A DNA stretch of 62,080 bases from Elusimicrobiota bacterium (GCA_041694815.1 JBGFSC010000009.1:1-62080); one strand, 5' to 3'. Shown: positions 1 through 10,627, counted from the stretch's first letter. Made by a program: numbers and translations. The notes: generated by a model not told the origin, from the sequence alone.

Positions 1-118
1 TTGATGCAGGACTGTGTTATAATGAGGCATAGGCGTCCTCCGTCGGTAGATTGCTTCCTCGCAGAAACATTCTACCAATGACGAAGGGCGCCTACGCTAT
101 TTTAACCGGACAGGAGTG
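1..118 (-). mobile_element. Left (5') end of an IS4-family insertion sequence: terminal IR, promoter, RBS and transposase start
   Basis: 101..118 reads CACTCCTGTCCGGTTAAA on the - strand, identical to 61961..61978 on +. It is followed by TGGTAGAAT (-10-like), GGAGG and an ATG at 30 giving MPHYNTVLHQ, which resembles IS4 (DUF4372-type) transposase N-termini. An imperfect hairpin spans 30..94. Confidence 0.85.
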
Positions 119-362
119 GATGTCTGGCCTCGTATGATTTATGCAGGCCTTCCAATATAAACATCCGCATAAGAACTTGATAGGGGACCCCGCGCCATTC
201 GGCGAGGGCCTTGAGCCCCTTGATTGTCTTCTCGTCCAATGCCACGCTGGTGGGCAGCCGGCGCTTCTTCTTGAGACGCTTCGCAGCCGCCAGGATTTTT
301 TTTGTTTCGAATTTCGAGACGGCTTGGTATTCTTTTTTAGATTTCGCGTATATATGTTTCAC
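102..362 (-). CDS. CopG/BrnA-like ribbon-helix-helix antitoxin-like protein; C-terminus supplied by the IS terminal repeat
   Basis: TSVALDEKTIKGLKALAEWRGVPYQVLMRMFI pattern. It ends PLLSG* inside the IR, exactly as the RT does. Confidence 0.6.
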   Translation of the reverse strand: MKHIYAKSKKEYQAVSKFETKKILAAAKRLKKKRRLPTSVALDEKTIKGLKALAEWRGVPYQVLMRMFILEGLHKSYEARHPLLSG

Positions 363-365
363 TAG

Positions 366-1202
366 TTACCGCAAGGGGTGGGGATTTGAATGGGTTATGA
401 GGCCCCAACCGAGCTTAAAGCGCTCTTCGGCGCTTTCGAGGCTTTTGGCGGATTCGCCGATGGCGGAGGCTTTTTGGGAAAGGCGTTCCGTTAGCGAGTG
501 AATTTCCTCCTGTGAGTGGGCGAGGCGCCATATATGCATCGTGCCGTCGTGACATCCAGTGACAACGTGCCTTTCATCGGGCGTGAAGGCGGCGGACACC
601 ACGCTACAGTCATGAACAAAAATACGTAGCGGCCGGCTATTAGATAGATCCCATACGATCGCCTTTTTATCGCTGCCGCCCGTAACGGCTTTGGTTTCAT
701 CGTGGTTAAATTCGTGGGAAAGCACATAATGACCCGCATGGCCCTTTAAGGTGGCGACGCACACTGGGCCATCATAAACTTCGACCGCGCGGCCAAAATC
801 GGGGATAGCAAATTTTGTAGCTGCGTGATTCCGAAATTCTTTTTTGTGCCCCCAATTCCGTCTGATATAGGAATCGTCACGCCGGACGATGGAGCCATCT
901 GATTCGATGTCTAACGGTGTGATGTAAGGGTCGCTAAGGTGTCCCGTGCGTAGGCGCTGCCATGAGTCGGTATCCCATACTGCAGCGATGGGGGGCTTAG
1001 GGCTATGTGCATCTTCTGGAAAACCAATGGTCAAAAGCTTGGAGCCATCAGGACTGAAGCGCTTGATTATAGCGCGTCTATCAAAAGCTTTGATTGCTTG
1101 ATGTCCGTCATCCAAAAAGCTTCGAGGAGACGCGACGGCGGTACTGGCGCCCGGCCCCAAGACGAGCGGGGCAAATAAACAAAGGCCTTTAATAAGAAAC
1201 AT
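366..1202 (-). CDS. Secreted WD40-repeat protein
   Basis: Signal-peptide-like N-terminus; GH...VTGGSDKKAIVWD and VVTGCHDGTMHIW repeats; lower GC than flanks. Confidence 0.8.
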   Translation of the reverse strand: MFLIKGLCLFAPLVLGPGASTAVASPRSFLDDGHQAIKAFDRRAIIKRFSPDGSKLLTIGFPEDAHSPKPPIAAVWDTDSWQRLRTGHLSDPYITPLDIESDGSIVRRDDSYIRRNWGHKKEFRNHAATKFAIPDFGRAVEVYDGPVCVATLKGHAGHYVLSHEFNHDETKAVTGGSDKKAIVWDLSNSRPLRIFVHDCSVVSAAFTPDERHVVTGCHDGTMHIWRLAHSQEEIHSLTERLSQKASAIGESAKSLESAEERFKLGWGLITHSNPHPLR

Positions 1203-1347
1203 CTAATCTAAGGATAACCGAAGGCTTGAACGGAGCAAGGGCCAATTGGTCTGTTCTAGTTTGGGCCTTTGGGGAAGGCGGTATTTTTAGCTCCGCCATT
1301 TTAACGGCGCAGAAAAAGGGTTTTCCACCGTCTTATATGCAGCCTCC

Positions 1348-4203
1348 TTATTCCGAGGATGATATTAAGAGAGCCGCCTGAAGGCGCGTGAAAATCTTGG
1401 ACACGAGAATACGGTTTTGCTCTATCCTGACTATCTTCTCCGTCCAGATATTACGGAACTCCAGGCCCTGCGCCCAATCGGGCAGCTCCAACGCGGTATC
1501 GCCCCAGTCCGGGCGGCCTTCGGGGCCCTCCAGGCCCGCGAAGAGGCGTCCGGCCGCCACCAAGGCGGCCGCCTCCTTGGATCGGCGCAGGAAGGCGACG
1601 ACGTGGCGGGCCCGGGAGCCGGAGGCCTGCAGGGGGATATAATCGCCCTCCAGGAACAATTCGGGATAACGGCGGCGCGCCAGCAAGCCTTTCCACAGCA
1701 CGAACAATTTCACCCGCGCATGCCCGGGGTCTTTCATCAGGATTCCCGCGGCGTTTTTCGCGCTCGTCTGCCGCCAGGACGCCAGCATCCCGCGGAGCGC
1801 GTCGTAATCGACCGGGACGCGGTTATCGGGATCCACGAGCCGGTAATTCCACGCCTCGGTTCCCTGGTATGTGTCCACGACGCCGACGGAGCCGAGCTTG
1901 AGTGTCAAGGCGGAGATGGAGTTGAGCTTGCCTAGGCGCGAAATCCTCCTCTGGAAAGGCTCGAAGTCCGCCAAGAAGAGGTTCCCCGGCTCCAGCAGCC
2001 CCGCCAGGAATTTCCGGCAGGCCTCCTCGAAAGGCAGGTTCGGATTGACCCAGTTGGTCTCGTTCTTGGTCTCGCGCAGCGCCTTGAGCAGGTAGGCCCA
2101 GAGACGCTTCAATAGAGCCGGCAGTTCCCGGGCGGCGGGGGGCGAATCCGGCCAGACGCCGACGAGCGTTTGGTAGAGGAAGTACTCCGTGTTGCGGTCC
2201 GGGGCCGGGCCTAAGCCCAGCGATGTCCGGTGCTTCTCATTGAGCATCGACCAGCGCGCGGCCGCCGATATCCATTCCTCCGGGATCTCGCTCAAGGCGG
2301 CGATGCGCAGGCGAGCGTCCTCGCTGCGCTTGGTGTCGTGGGTCGAGGAGGCGAGCAGGCCGTAGGGCCGCACGCGCCGTCGGGACAGATTTTGACGGTG
2401 GAATCGGCCCGGGGAAGCGCCGAAATGACCGGGATCCCCGCCCACCTCGTTGAGCGCGATAAGCCGGCCATGCGCGTAAAAGGCGGTGTCCTCCATCCCC
2501 TTGGCCATCACCGGAGCCGTCAGCTGCTGCAGGCGCAGCACGATGTCCTCGTAAAGCTCCTTGGCCGCCCGGCCGACCCGGCCGCCCAGCCGGCCGAGCA
2601 ACAGGTCCAGCAGGAAATCGTAGAGGCTCGAGTCGATCTCGGGGGTCTTGCGCTTGGCCTTCTCCACGGCGATGCGGATGTTGCGCGCGTCCCGGGCCGA
2701 GGTGTCCCTCGAGGGAGAGAGATAGCTGCGGTAGACCGGAAAGCAGTCGATGATCTCGCGGATGGCCAGGGTCAGGTGGTAGCGGGTGAAATCGCGGAAA
2801 TGTCGGCTCAGCTCCGAGACGCGGTCGAGCCGGAACCCGAGGGCGTGCACCTCGCTGGCCATGACGTCAGCCGCGAAGAATTTTTTGCTCCGGTAGAGCA
2901 GCGAGTCGAAATCGGCGGGGGCGCCGGCGAAGGAGGCGTACGCCTCGTCCATCTTGGCCTCGTTGCGGGACTCGACGAAGAGGCCGTTGACGGCGTTGAG
3001 GAACTCGTAGCCCACCGTGCCTTCCACCGGCCAATCGGGCAGGGCCTCGTTGCGACCCAGGATCTTCTCAACGACGATATAGAACGGTCCCGGGGCCGAG
3101 TCCGCGCAGGCGCGCCGCAGCCGCGCCAGGTAGGCCGCCGGCTCGCGCAGCCCGTCGGGGTGGTCGATCCTGAGCCCGTGGATTTTTCCTTTCCGGATCA
3201 GGCGCAATAGCAGGCCGTGGCAATGCTCGAACACGCGCTCGTCCTCCATCCTCAGGCAGGCCAGGTCGTTGATGTTGAAGAAGCGGCGGTAATTGATCTC
3301 CTCGGAGGCCACCTTCCAGTGCGCGAGCCGGTAGGCCTGCTGGTCGAGCAGTTCGTCGAGGCGGTCGAAGCTCGAGACGTCCCCGGGCGTCCCGTTGAAA
3401 AGGCTAAGGCGGCCGGCGATGAAGGATCTTAGCGCCCCGCTGCGCTCCGCCAGCGCGGCCAGCCGCCCCTTGGCCATCTCCTTTTCGCGGTCGCGCTCCT
3501 CGAGCGCGTCCCCTTGGAGCGGCTGCCTGGGCGGCAGGTTGTGGAAGGCCGTCCGGATGCTCAACAGTTCGGCGCGTTCTTCCCTCGACAGAGCGGTAGA
3601 GCCCCCCTCGAGCAGCAGGGGGTAGCACTCGGGAGCCAGGGGCAGCAGGCGCTGCCCGTATCGGAAAAAAAAGGCGCCGCGCCGGCGCTCGAGGCGTATG
3701 CCGCCCTCCTCGAGCACCTTGCCGTAGAAATCGGTCAAGATGGGCAGCAGGACGCGGTTCTTGAGCTCCGGCTTGGCCGGCTCCCAATCGATGTCGAAGA
3801 AATCGGCCCAAGCGGACGCCGGCCCGTTCTCGAGCACGTCGAGCCACAAGGCGTTCTCGTTACAGGCCACCCCCATGTGGTTGGGGACCCAATCGACGAT
3901 CTGCCGCATGCCGCGGCGGTTTAAGGCCGCGCAGAGGGCCTCGTATTCGTCGGGCGATCCCAGCTCGCCGTTGAGCGCATTATGGTCGACGACATCGTAG
4001 CCGTGGGGGCTGCCGGGAGCGGCGCGGAAAATCGGCGAGAGATAGACGGCGTCGACGCCCAAGGCCTGCAGGTAGCTGAGGCGCCGGGCGGCCTGCTTGA
4101 ACCCGAAGCCTTTCGAGAGCTGCAGGCGGTAGACCGACGTGGGAAAGGGATGGGGCTTGCGCACCATGGCGATTGTAGCAACGGCGCGCGTCGGCGCCGT
4201 CAC
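1348..4203 (-). CDS. treY: Malto-oligosyltrehalose synthase (start possibly 4167)
   Basis: YRLQL, SPHGYDVVD, VPNHMG, INYRRFF, LRIDHPDGL, STHDTKRSED and LVDPDNR motifs. Confidence 0.95.
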   Translation of the reverse strand: MTAPTRAVATIAMVRKPHPFPTSVYRLQLSKGFGFKQAARRLSYLQALGVDAVYLSPIFRAAPGSPHGYDVVDHNALNGELGSPDEYEALCAALNRRGMRQIVDWVPNHMGVACNENALWLDVLENGPASAWADFFDIDWEPAKPELKNRVLLPILTDFYGKVLEEGGIRLERRRGAFFFRYGQRLLPLAPECYPLLLEGGSTALSREERAELLSIRTAFHNLPPRQPLQGDALEERDREKEMAKGRLAALAERSGALRSFIAGRLSLFNGTPGDVSSFDRLDELLDQQAYRLAHWKVASEEINYRRFFNINDLACLRMEDERVFEHCHGLLLRLIRKGKIHGLRIDHPDGLREPAAYLARLRRACADSAPGPFYIVVEKILGRNEALPDWPVEGTVGYEFLNAVNGLFVESRNEAKMDEAYASFAGAPADFDSLLYRSKKFFAADVMASEVHALGFRLDRVSELSRHFRDFTRYHLTLAIREIIDCFPVYRSYLSPSRDTSARDARNIRIAVEKAKRKTPEIDSSLYDFLLDLLLGRLGGRVGRAAKELYEDIVLRLQQLTAPVMAKGMEDTAFYAHGRLIALNEVGGDPGHFGASPGRFHRQNLSRRRVRPYGLLASSTHDTKRSEDARLRIAALSEIPEEWISAAARWSMLNEKHRTSLGLGPAPDRNTEYFLYQTLVGVWPDSPPAARELPALLKRLWAYLLKALRETKNETNWVNPNLPFEEACRKFLAGLLEPGNLFLADFEPFQRRISRLGKLNSISALTLKLGSVGVVDTYQGTEAWNYRLVDPDNRVPVDYDALRGMLASWRQTSAKNAAGILMKDPGHARVKLFVLWKGLLARRRYPELFLEGDYIPLQASGSRARHVVAFLRRSKEAAALVAAGRLFAGLEGPEGRPDWGDTALELPDWAQGLEFRNIWTEKIVRIEQNRILVSKIFTRLQAALLISSSE

Positions 4204-4234
4204 GGCGCAATGACCGATCTTTTACGCCGGCTGT

Positions 4235-6151
4235 ATGGTCCGATCCGCCCGGCGGGTCTATAGTGATCCCGTGCAGGCCAAGCCCCTGTCCCGCTCCATG
4301 CCCATCGGCGCCGAGCTTTTCGAGGGCGGCGCTCACCTGCGCGTCTGGGCGCCGCGCCGCCGCGCGCTGGGCGTGCTGCTGGAAGATGAGCAGCGGGAGA
4401 TTCCCCTCAAAGCGGAGAGGGACGGGTATTTCTCCGGCTGGGTTCCCGGCGCCAAAGAGGGAATGCTCTATCGCCTCCGGCTCGACGGCAAGGAGTTGGC
4501 GCCCGATCCGGCCTCACGATTCCAGCCCCAAGGGCCTTGGGGACCCTCCCAACTGGTCGACGCCTCGCGCTACGCGTGGCGCGACGCGTCTTGGCGCGGC
4601 CCCTCTTTGGAAGGACAGGTCCTCTACGAGATGCACGTCGGCACGTTCACTCCCGAAGGCGGCTGGGAGGCGGCGCGCCGCCGCCTCGCGGAGCTCGCGG
4701 AGTTGGGAGTCACACTCGTCGAGCTGATGCCGATCGCCGAGTTTCCCGGACGCTTCGGCTGGGGCTACGACGGGGTCAACCTGTTCGCGCCCTACCACGC
4801 CTACGGGAGCCCGGACGATTTCAGGCGCTTCGTGGACGCCGCGCACGCGCTGCGCCTGGGCGTGATCCTGGACGTGGTCTACAACCATTTCGGGCCGGAC
4901 GGCAACACGCTGCCCTTGTTCTCGGAGGCGTACGCCAGCAGGCGTTACGAGACGGAGTGGGGGCCGGCCGTCAATTTCGACGGGCCCTCGAGCGGGCCAG
5001 TGCGCGAATTCGTCGTGTCCAACGCGGCGTATTGGATCTCCGAATTCCACCTCGACGGGCTCCGCCTGGACGCGACCCAGAACATATACGACGGATCCGC
5101 GGAGCATATACTCGCGGCAATCTCCAAGGCGGCCCGCGCCGCGGCCACGGGGCGCTCGCTGCTTTTGTTCGCCGAGAACCAGCCCCAGGACGTCCGCCTG
5201 ATCCGCCCGATCGAGCAGGGGGGCTTGGGGCTCGACGCGTTGTGGAACGACGATTTCCACCATAGCGCGATCGTGGCGATGACCGGCCGCCGGGAGGCCT
5301 ATTACGTCAACTATTCCGGAAGCCCCCAGGAGCTGATTTCCTCCGTCAAATGGGGATTCCTCTACCAAGGGCAGTACTACGGCTGGCACCGCAAGCCGCG
5401 GGGCACCCCGAGCCTAGGGATACCGGCGCCGCGCTTCGTCCATTATCTCGACAATCACGACCAGGTGGCCAATCTGCCGGGAAGCCGGCGCGGCGCCGCC
5501 TTCACCTCGCCGGGGCGCCAGCGGGCCATGACCGCGCTGCTTTTGCTCTGTCCGCAGACCCCGCTCCTGTTCCAGGGACAGGAATACGGCGCCGAGTCCC
5601 CCTTTCCTTATTTCGCCGACCATCGGGGCGAGCTCGCGCGGGCCGTAGCGCAGGGACGCCGGCAATTCATCAGTCAATTCCCGAGCCAGGCGCCGGCTTC
5701 CGGCCGGCCCGCCACGATCGGCGACCCGTCGGATCCCAAGCTCTTCCGCGGCGCCGTGCTGCGTGAGGACGCCGGGAGGGGGGCCTGGTGGCATCTGCAC
5801 CGCGATCTCCTGCTGCTCCGGCGCCGCGACCCCGTGTTCCGCCGGCAGGATGCGCGGCAGATCGACGGCGCCGTGCTCGGCACCGAGGCCTTCGCGCTCC
5901 GTTTTTTCGAGCGGGGGCGCAACGACCGGCTGCTGCTGGTCAACCTGGGCGTCGAAACGCGCCTGGAGCCTGCGGCCGAGCCGCTGCTCGCCCCTCCCGA
6001 ATCGGGCGCGTGGGCGCTGCTCTGGTCGAGCGAGGATCCGCGCTACGGCGGGGGCGGCACGCCACCCTTGGAGCGGCCCGCCTGGGTGCTGCCGCCCCAT
6101 TGCGCCATCGCGCTGGGCCCCTCGAATCTCTCCGATGGAAATCGCGCATAA
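4235..6151 (+). CDS. treZ: Malto-oligosyltrehalose trehalohydrolase (GH13)
   Basis: YEMHVGTFT, WGYDGV, DVVYNHFGP, GLRLDA and NHDQVAN motifs. Confidence 0.93.
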   Translation: MVRSARRVYSDPVQAKPLSRSMPIGAELFEGGAHLRVWAPRRRALGVLLEDEQREIPLKAERDGYFSGWVPGAKEGMLYRLRLDGKELAPDPASRFQPQGPWGPSQLVDASRYAWRDASWRGPSLEGQVLYEMHVGTFTPEGGWEAARRRLAELAELGVTLVELMPIAEFPGRFGWGYDGVNLFAPYHAYGSPDDFRRFVDAAHALRLGVILDVVYNHFGPDGNTLPLFSEAYASRRYETEWGPAVNFDGPSSGPVREFVVSNAAYWISEFHLDGLRLDATQNIYDGSAEHILAAISKAARAAATGRSLLLFAENQPQDVRLIRPIEQGGLGLDALWNDDFHHSAIVAMTGRREAYYVNYSGSPQELISSVKWGFLYQGQYYGWHRKPRGTPSLGIPAPRFVHYLDNHDQVANLPGSRRGAAFTSPGRQRAMTALLLLCPQTPLLFQGQEYGAESPFPYFADHRGELARAVAQGRRQFISQFPSQAPASGRPATIGDPSDPKLFRGAVLREDAGRGAWWHLHRDLLLLRRRDPVFRRQDARQIDGAVLGTEAFALRFFERGRNDRLLLVNLGVETRLEPAAEPLLAPPESGAWALLWSSEDPRYGGGGTPPLERPAWVLPPHCAIALGPSNLSDGNRA

Positions 6152-8195
6152 CCACGTCTACAGCCGGATGCCGTGGGCCAAGGAGAACGACGAGCCCGAG
6201 CGCCTGCTGACCCAGGAATGGCTCGTAACCAACGGCATCGGGGGCTACGCTTCAAGCTCCGTGGCCGGCGCCTGCACCCGCAGGTTCCACGGCCTGCTCA
6301 TCGCGGCGCTGCCCTCCCCGCTGGGCCGGACGCTGATGCTCAACCACCTCGCCGAGGAGCTGCGCCTTCCCGGCGGAAGCGTCCTGCGCCTGGGGGGAGA
6401 CGAGCTGGTGGGAGGCATCGACGTCCCCGCCGCGAAGGCCCTCTCCGAATTCCACTTGGAAACCGGGCTCCCCGTCTGGCGCTACGACAACGGGGGAGTC
6501 AAGCTCGAGAAGCGCATTTTTATGATGCACCAGCAGAATACCGTCCTCATCGAGTACCGCCTCCTGGCCGGCCCGCCGGTGCGCCTGAGGATGCGCCCCT
6601 CGATGCATTTTAGGCCGCACGAGGCGCGGCTCGACGAGGACCTAGACCATCCCTACAAGGTCTGCTGCTACGGAGAACGCTACGAGATCATCGAGGAGGG
6701 CCTGCCGCCCCTGCGCCTGACCGCCTACGGCGAGCGGGCCAGTTTCGTGATGGAGCGGGGCAGCTTCCGGCAGATACTCTACCGCGTGGAGGCCCGGCAC
6801 GGCTACGACGCCAGCGGCGTGCTATGGAGCCCTGGGTATTTCCGCGCGGAGCTGGCAATCGAGCAATCGGTGACCCTGATCGCCTCGACCGAATCCTGGG
6901 AGACGGTATTCGCCATGTCGCCATCGGAAAGCCGCGCCGCCGAGCTGGAGCGCCGCCGCCGGCTCCTGTCGCTGGCGCGGCCCGAGGCGAGGGAAGGGCG
7001 CGGCGCGGAGTACGTGCTGGCCGCCGACCAATTCGTCATCACTCCCGGCAGCCGGCCGGCCGAGACCGCGCGGGCCCATGCGGCGGGCGACGAGGTCCGC
7101 ACGATCATCGCCGGCTACCCTTGGTTCACGGACTGGGGGCGCGACACGATGATCAGCCTCGAGGGCCTGACCTTGGTGACGGGGCGCCACGAGGAGGCGG
7201 GATACATCCTGCGCTCGTACGCGCATTACGTCCGCGACGGGCTCATCCCGAACCTTTTTCCGGAAGGGACCAACAAGGCCGTATACCACACGGCCGACGC
7301 CACCCTCTGGTACTTCCACGCCATCGACCGCTACCTGCAGGCCACCGGCGACCGGGCGACGTTGCGCAAGCTCTTGCCGACGCTCCACTCCATCCTGGAG
7401 CAGCATCAGCGGGGCACCCGCTTCAACATCCGAATGGACTCCTCCGACGGGCTCCTGGGCCAAGGCGTGGAGGGATACCCGTTGAGTTGGATGGACGCCA
7501 AGGTGGACGGTTGGGTGGTCACCCCGCGTCGGGGCAAGACCGTCGAGATCAACGCCCTTTGGTACAACGCCTTGAGGCTCGCGGAGCAATGGTCCCGGCA
7601 ATCCGGGGACGCGGCGGCCGCCGAGGGCTACGCGCGGCTTGCCGAGCGCGCCCGAGAGTCCTTCAACCGCCGTTTTTGGAATGAGTCGGCGGGCTTTCTT
7701 TTCGACGTGGTCGACGGCGAGCGTGGCGATGATCCGGCGCTGCGGCCCAACCAAATCCTGGCGATCTCGCTGCCCAACCCCGTCCTCGACCGCTCCCGCT
7801 GGCGAGCGGTGATGGACGCGGTGGAGCGGGAGCTATTGACGCCGGTCGGGCTGCGCTCCCTATCGAGGCGGCACCCGGATTTCCGCAAGCGCTACGACGG
7901 CGACCTGCGCTCCCGCGACGCCGCCTACCACCAAGGGACGGTCTGGGCTTGGCTGATCGGGCCTTTCATCGACGCCTGGCTGAAGCTGCACCCGGAGGAG
8001 TCGGGTCGGGCCCGCCGGTTCTTGGACGGGTTCCATTCGCATTTATCGGAGGCCTGCATCGGCTCGGTCAGCGAGATCTTCGACGCGGAGCCGCCCTTTA
8101 TCCCGCGCGGCTGCATCGCCCAGGCGTGGAGCGTCGCGGAGGTGCTGCGCTGCTGGGCCAAGACCGCGCCGGCGCGAGCGGCCGTCGAGCGTTAG
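6135..8195 (+). CDS. Glycogen debranching enzyme (amylo-alpha-1,6-glucosidase)
   Basis: EWLVTNGIGGYAS, IAGYPWFTDWGRD, WMDAK, AYHQGTVW and AQAWSVAE motifs. ATG 6135 chosen to avoid a long overlap with treZ. Confidence 0.92.
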   Translation: MEIAHNHVYSRMPWAKENDEPERLLTQEWLVTNGIGGYASSSVAGACTRRFHGLLIAALPSPLGRTLMLNHLAEELRLPGGSVLRLGGDELVGGIDVPAAKALSEFHLETGLPVWRYDNGGVKLEKRIFMMHQQNTVLIEYRLLAGPPVRLRMRPSMHFRPHEARLDEDLDHPYKVCCYGERYEIIEEGLPPLRLTAYGERASFVMERGSFRQILYRVEARHGYDASGVLWSPGYFRAELAIEQSVTLIASTESWETVFAMSPSESRAAELERRRRLLSLARPEAREGRGAEYVLAADQFVITPGSRPAETARAHAAGDEVRTIIAGYPWFTDWGRDTMISLEGLTLVTGRHEEAGYILRSYAHYVRDGLIPNLFPEGTNKAVYHTADATLWYFHAIDRYLQATGDRATLRKLLPTLHSILEQHQRGTRFNIRMDSSDGLLGQGVEGYPLSWMDAKVDGWVVTPRRGKTVEINALWYNALRLAEQWSRQSGDAAAAEGYARLAERARESFNRRFWNESAGFLFDVVDGERGDDPALRPNQILAISLPNPVLDRSRWRAVMDAVERELLTPVGLRSLSRRHPDFRKRYDGDLRSRDAAYHQGTVWAWLIGPFIDAWLKLHPEESGRARRFLDGFHSHLSEACIGSVSEIFDAEPPFIPRGCIAQAWSVAEVLRCWAKTAPARAAVER

Positions 8196-8203
8196 GGGAG
8201 TCC

Positions 8204-8815
8204 TTAAACCAGTTTGGCGTGCCGCTTGGCCTGGCGGAGATTTTCCGACACCTTATTCCAGCCGATGTTCTTGAAAAAGGCCGAGATGTAATCCCCCTTG
8301 CCGTCGGCCCCCCAGTCCACCATGTAGGCGTGCTCCCAGACGTCCATCACCAAGAGCGGCGCGAACCCGGCCGGATGGCCGTCCTCGTGCAGGGTGATCC
8401 AGTGGTTGCTGCAGGTTTCATGGAGGGGATCGAAGTAGAGCACGGCCCAGCCGATCCCGCGCATTTTGCCGATGGCGGTGAATTCCCGCCTCCAGGTCTC
8501 GAATCCCCCGAAGGCCTCCTCGAGCATTCCGGAAAGCTCGGAGCCCTCCTCGGGGAGATGGCGCCCGGGCTTGAGGACGCTGAAGTAATGCTCGTGGAGG
8601 ATCATCCCGTTGTACTCGAAGCCGAGGCGGCGCTTCATCTCGCAGTATTCCGGCCCGAAATCGGCCTTCTGCACGAAGGTGCTCAGGCGCTTGTTGAGCG
8701 TGTTGACGTTGCTGACGTAGCCCTCGTAGAGCTGCCAGTGCTGCTGGATCTGCTCGTCGCTGATGCCGTCGAGCCCTCGGGGCTTGAGCTCGGTCCTCGG
8801 GTGGTAGACGTACAT
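8204..8815 (-). CDS. Fe/Mn superoxide dismutase family protein
   Basis: Metal-ligand motifs QQH, LHEHYF and DVWEHAY. Confidence 0.9.
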   Translation of the reverse strand: MYVYHPRTELKPRGLDGISDEQIQQHWQLYEGYVSNVNTLNKRLSTFVQKADFGPEYCEMKRRLGFEYNGMILHEHYFSVLKPGRHLPEEGSELSGMLEEAFGGFETWRREFTAIGKMRGIGWAVLYFDPLHETCSNHWITLHEDGHPAGFAPLLVMDVWEHAYMVDWGADGKGDYISAFFKNIGWNKVSENLRQAKRHAKLV

Positions 8816-8826
8816 GGGCTTTCTCC

Positions 8827-9252
8827 TTAGCGGTTGATATTAGTCCAGAGCAGGCGCTGGCCCGTCGGGGCCGTGGCCGTCGGGGCGGCCTCGGTCGTGA
8901 TGAACAGCTCGAAGCTCCTCAGCGGGGTGACGGTGCTCAGGCTGCCGTTTAAATCCTCGTCGACGGAGAGGGCCCCGATGTTCTGCGGGGGCGCCTCGGG
9001 GCTGTTGGCGCGGGTCCACACCACGTAGGTCGTCGCCGGGGGCGAGAGCTTGCCCGGGTCGGCCAGGTGCCGCACGCGCACGTCCAGCTGTGTGTTCTCA
9101 TTCTCCGCCTCCGAGGCGCGCACCGTCCCCTCGGCTCCGGGGATGACGGAGCTGACGGAGAGGGCCTGGGGGCGCGCCGTGGCGCAGGCGATGGAGAGCG
9201 CGCAAAGCCCGGCTACCGCCGTATAACTGCGGAAAAGAGAAATGCTTGACAT
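8827..9252 (-). CDS. Hypothetical lipoprotein
   Basis: Lipobox-like SIAC; YVVW...NIGAL...LFITTE pattern; GGAGG RBS. Confidence 0.65.
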   Translation of the reverse strand: MSSISLFRSYTAVAGLCALSIACATARPQALSVSSVIPGAEGTVRASEAENENTQLDVRVRHLADPGKLSPPATTYVVWTRANSPEAPPQNIGALSVDEDLNGSLSTVTPLRSFELFITTEAAPTATAPTGQRLLWTNINR

Positions 9253-9374
9253 GGGAACCTCCTTGTGCCGGCGTTGTTGCTTCGCGCAAAGGATAGCTCA
9301 ATGGGAAAGCGGCGTCGGTAACGCAGATGTAAAAAAATATTGGTATTGAGAGGACTGATTAGCCAAGGAACGGA

Positions 9375-10346
9375 TTATAACCGTGACAAGGCTTTCGGAA
9401 TATCGGGGAAAGGGCTTCGGCCGCCTTGCCGGGCGGAGCGGATTATCCCCGCTAGATATTCGTCCAACCCGAGCCAGGCTCTGGAATGCAATCCTCTCGC
9501 TATTTCGGCGTCGGTCAGTTGATCCAGTTGTATGGTTCTTTCAAGAATCTGGCTATAACTTTTCCCGAAGGCATCCCAGCCTCTTTCCGCGAAGCGCCTT
9601 CCGTAGACTCGTAGCGCGACCGTCTCCGCCTTGTCTATGTCGGCCGTCGTTCGGCCGTGCACGACGATCGTATCAAACCGAACCACATTCGCCTTAAAAG
9701 CCGCATTCCATTTTACCTGTCCGTTAAAACCGGCTTTGGCCAGCTCGATGCGGAAGCCGTCGTATCTATGATGGGTATGCTCTATGCACGAGAGGGTCAA
9801 ATATCCCTTTGGATCGGTGTGGCCGTCGGCTGTCCCGAGATTTATCTTCGTGCTATTCCAGGGGAACTTGAGATGCCCGTTATCATGGTAGATTTTTATC
9901 CCCGCGGCTAAGGGCCGGCCTGATTCCTGGTGCCTTATATTTTGTTCCTCTTCGCGCGCGAACTCGTCTCGCCATTGTTCGGCGACGCGTAAATCTTCCG
10001 GCAGGTAAGCGGCCCGTCGCGCGTGATCGATAGTCAATCCACGCAAGTGTCTTCGATGGGTCAATAAGTCGTATACGGCCGGAAAATCATCGCGTATCGG
10101 GTGGTTGGCAGGAAGGCGGGATATCCAACCGGCGTATTCGGCTAAGGACATGTCGCTTGGGTTCCTATCCGCGCCAGGCTGAGATCCGCTAACGGTTGAG
10201 GTGGTTTGCCTCTCCCGAATGGAACGCAACGCGGCATCGCGCTGTTGAATGGCCTGCCTTTCGGCTGATTCCAGATCGTCCAACTGGCCCAATCCTATCG
10301 ATGGCGCGAGCATGATAAGCGCAATGAGCCAAAGCGAACATCTCAT
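9375..10346 (-). CDS. Secreted hypothetical protein
   Basis: Long ORF with lower GC and a signal peptide MRCSLWLIALIMLAPSIGLG. Confidence 0.65.
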   Translation of the reverse strand: MRCSLWLIALIMLAPSIGLGQLDDLESAERQAIQQRDAALRSIRERQTTSTVSGSQPGADRNPSDMSLAEYAGWISRLPANHPIRDDFPAVYDLLTHRRHLRGLTIDHARRAAYLPEDLRVAEQWRDEFAREEEQNIRHQESGRPLAAGIKIYHDNGHLKFPWNSTKINLGTADGHTDPKGYLTLSCIEHTHHRYDGFRIELAKAGFNGQVKWNAAFKANVVRFDTIVVHGRTTADIDKAETVALRVYGRRFAERGWDAFGKSYSQILERTIQLDQLTDAEIARGLHSRAWLGLDEYLAGIIRSARQGGRSPFPDIPKALSRL

Positions 10347-10627
10347 GATCCAAGTATGCCTCGTAAAGGGGCATGCCGCCAGAAAAGAAAATTTCAAGAA
10401 ATAAGACCCTATTTTTTAAAGGCTTTTTAAGCGACCCGCTTTTTTCTTGTTGAAACTTGATCTAGAAGATGGCGACGAATGCTTCGACGCTGAGCCCGGC
10501 ATCCTTTCTGGGCCATTAGACTTAAGGCGGGTCCGAAGGACCTATCGTCCATAGGCATGAAGGCCTAGTTCGATATTGCCCAAACGCCTCACGCAAATTT
10601 CGGCCGCGAGAATCATAATGAGGGTGG

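Noticed and set aside
9375..10346. HopA1-like effector assignment
   Set aside because: Only a vague K...R.D.IVVH resemblance, which cannot be supported without a profile search.
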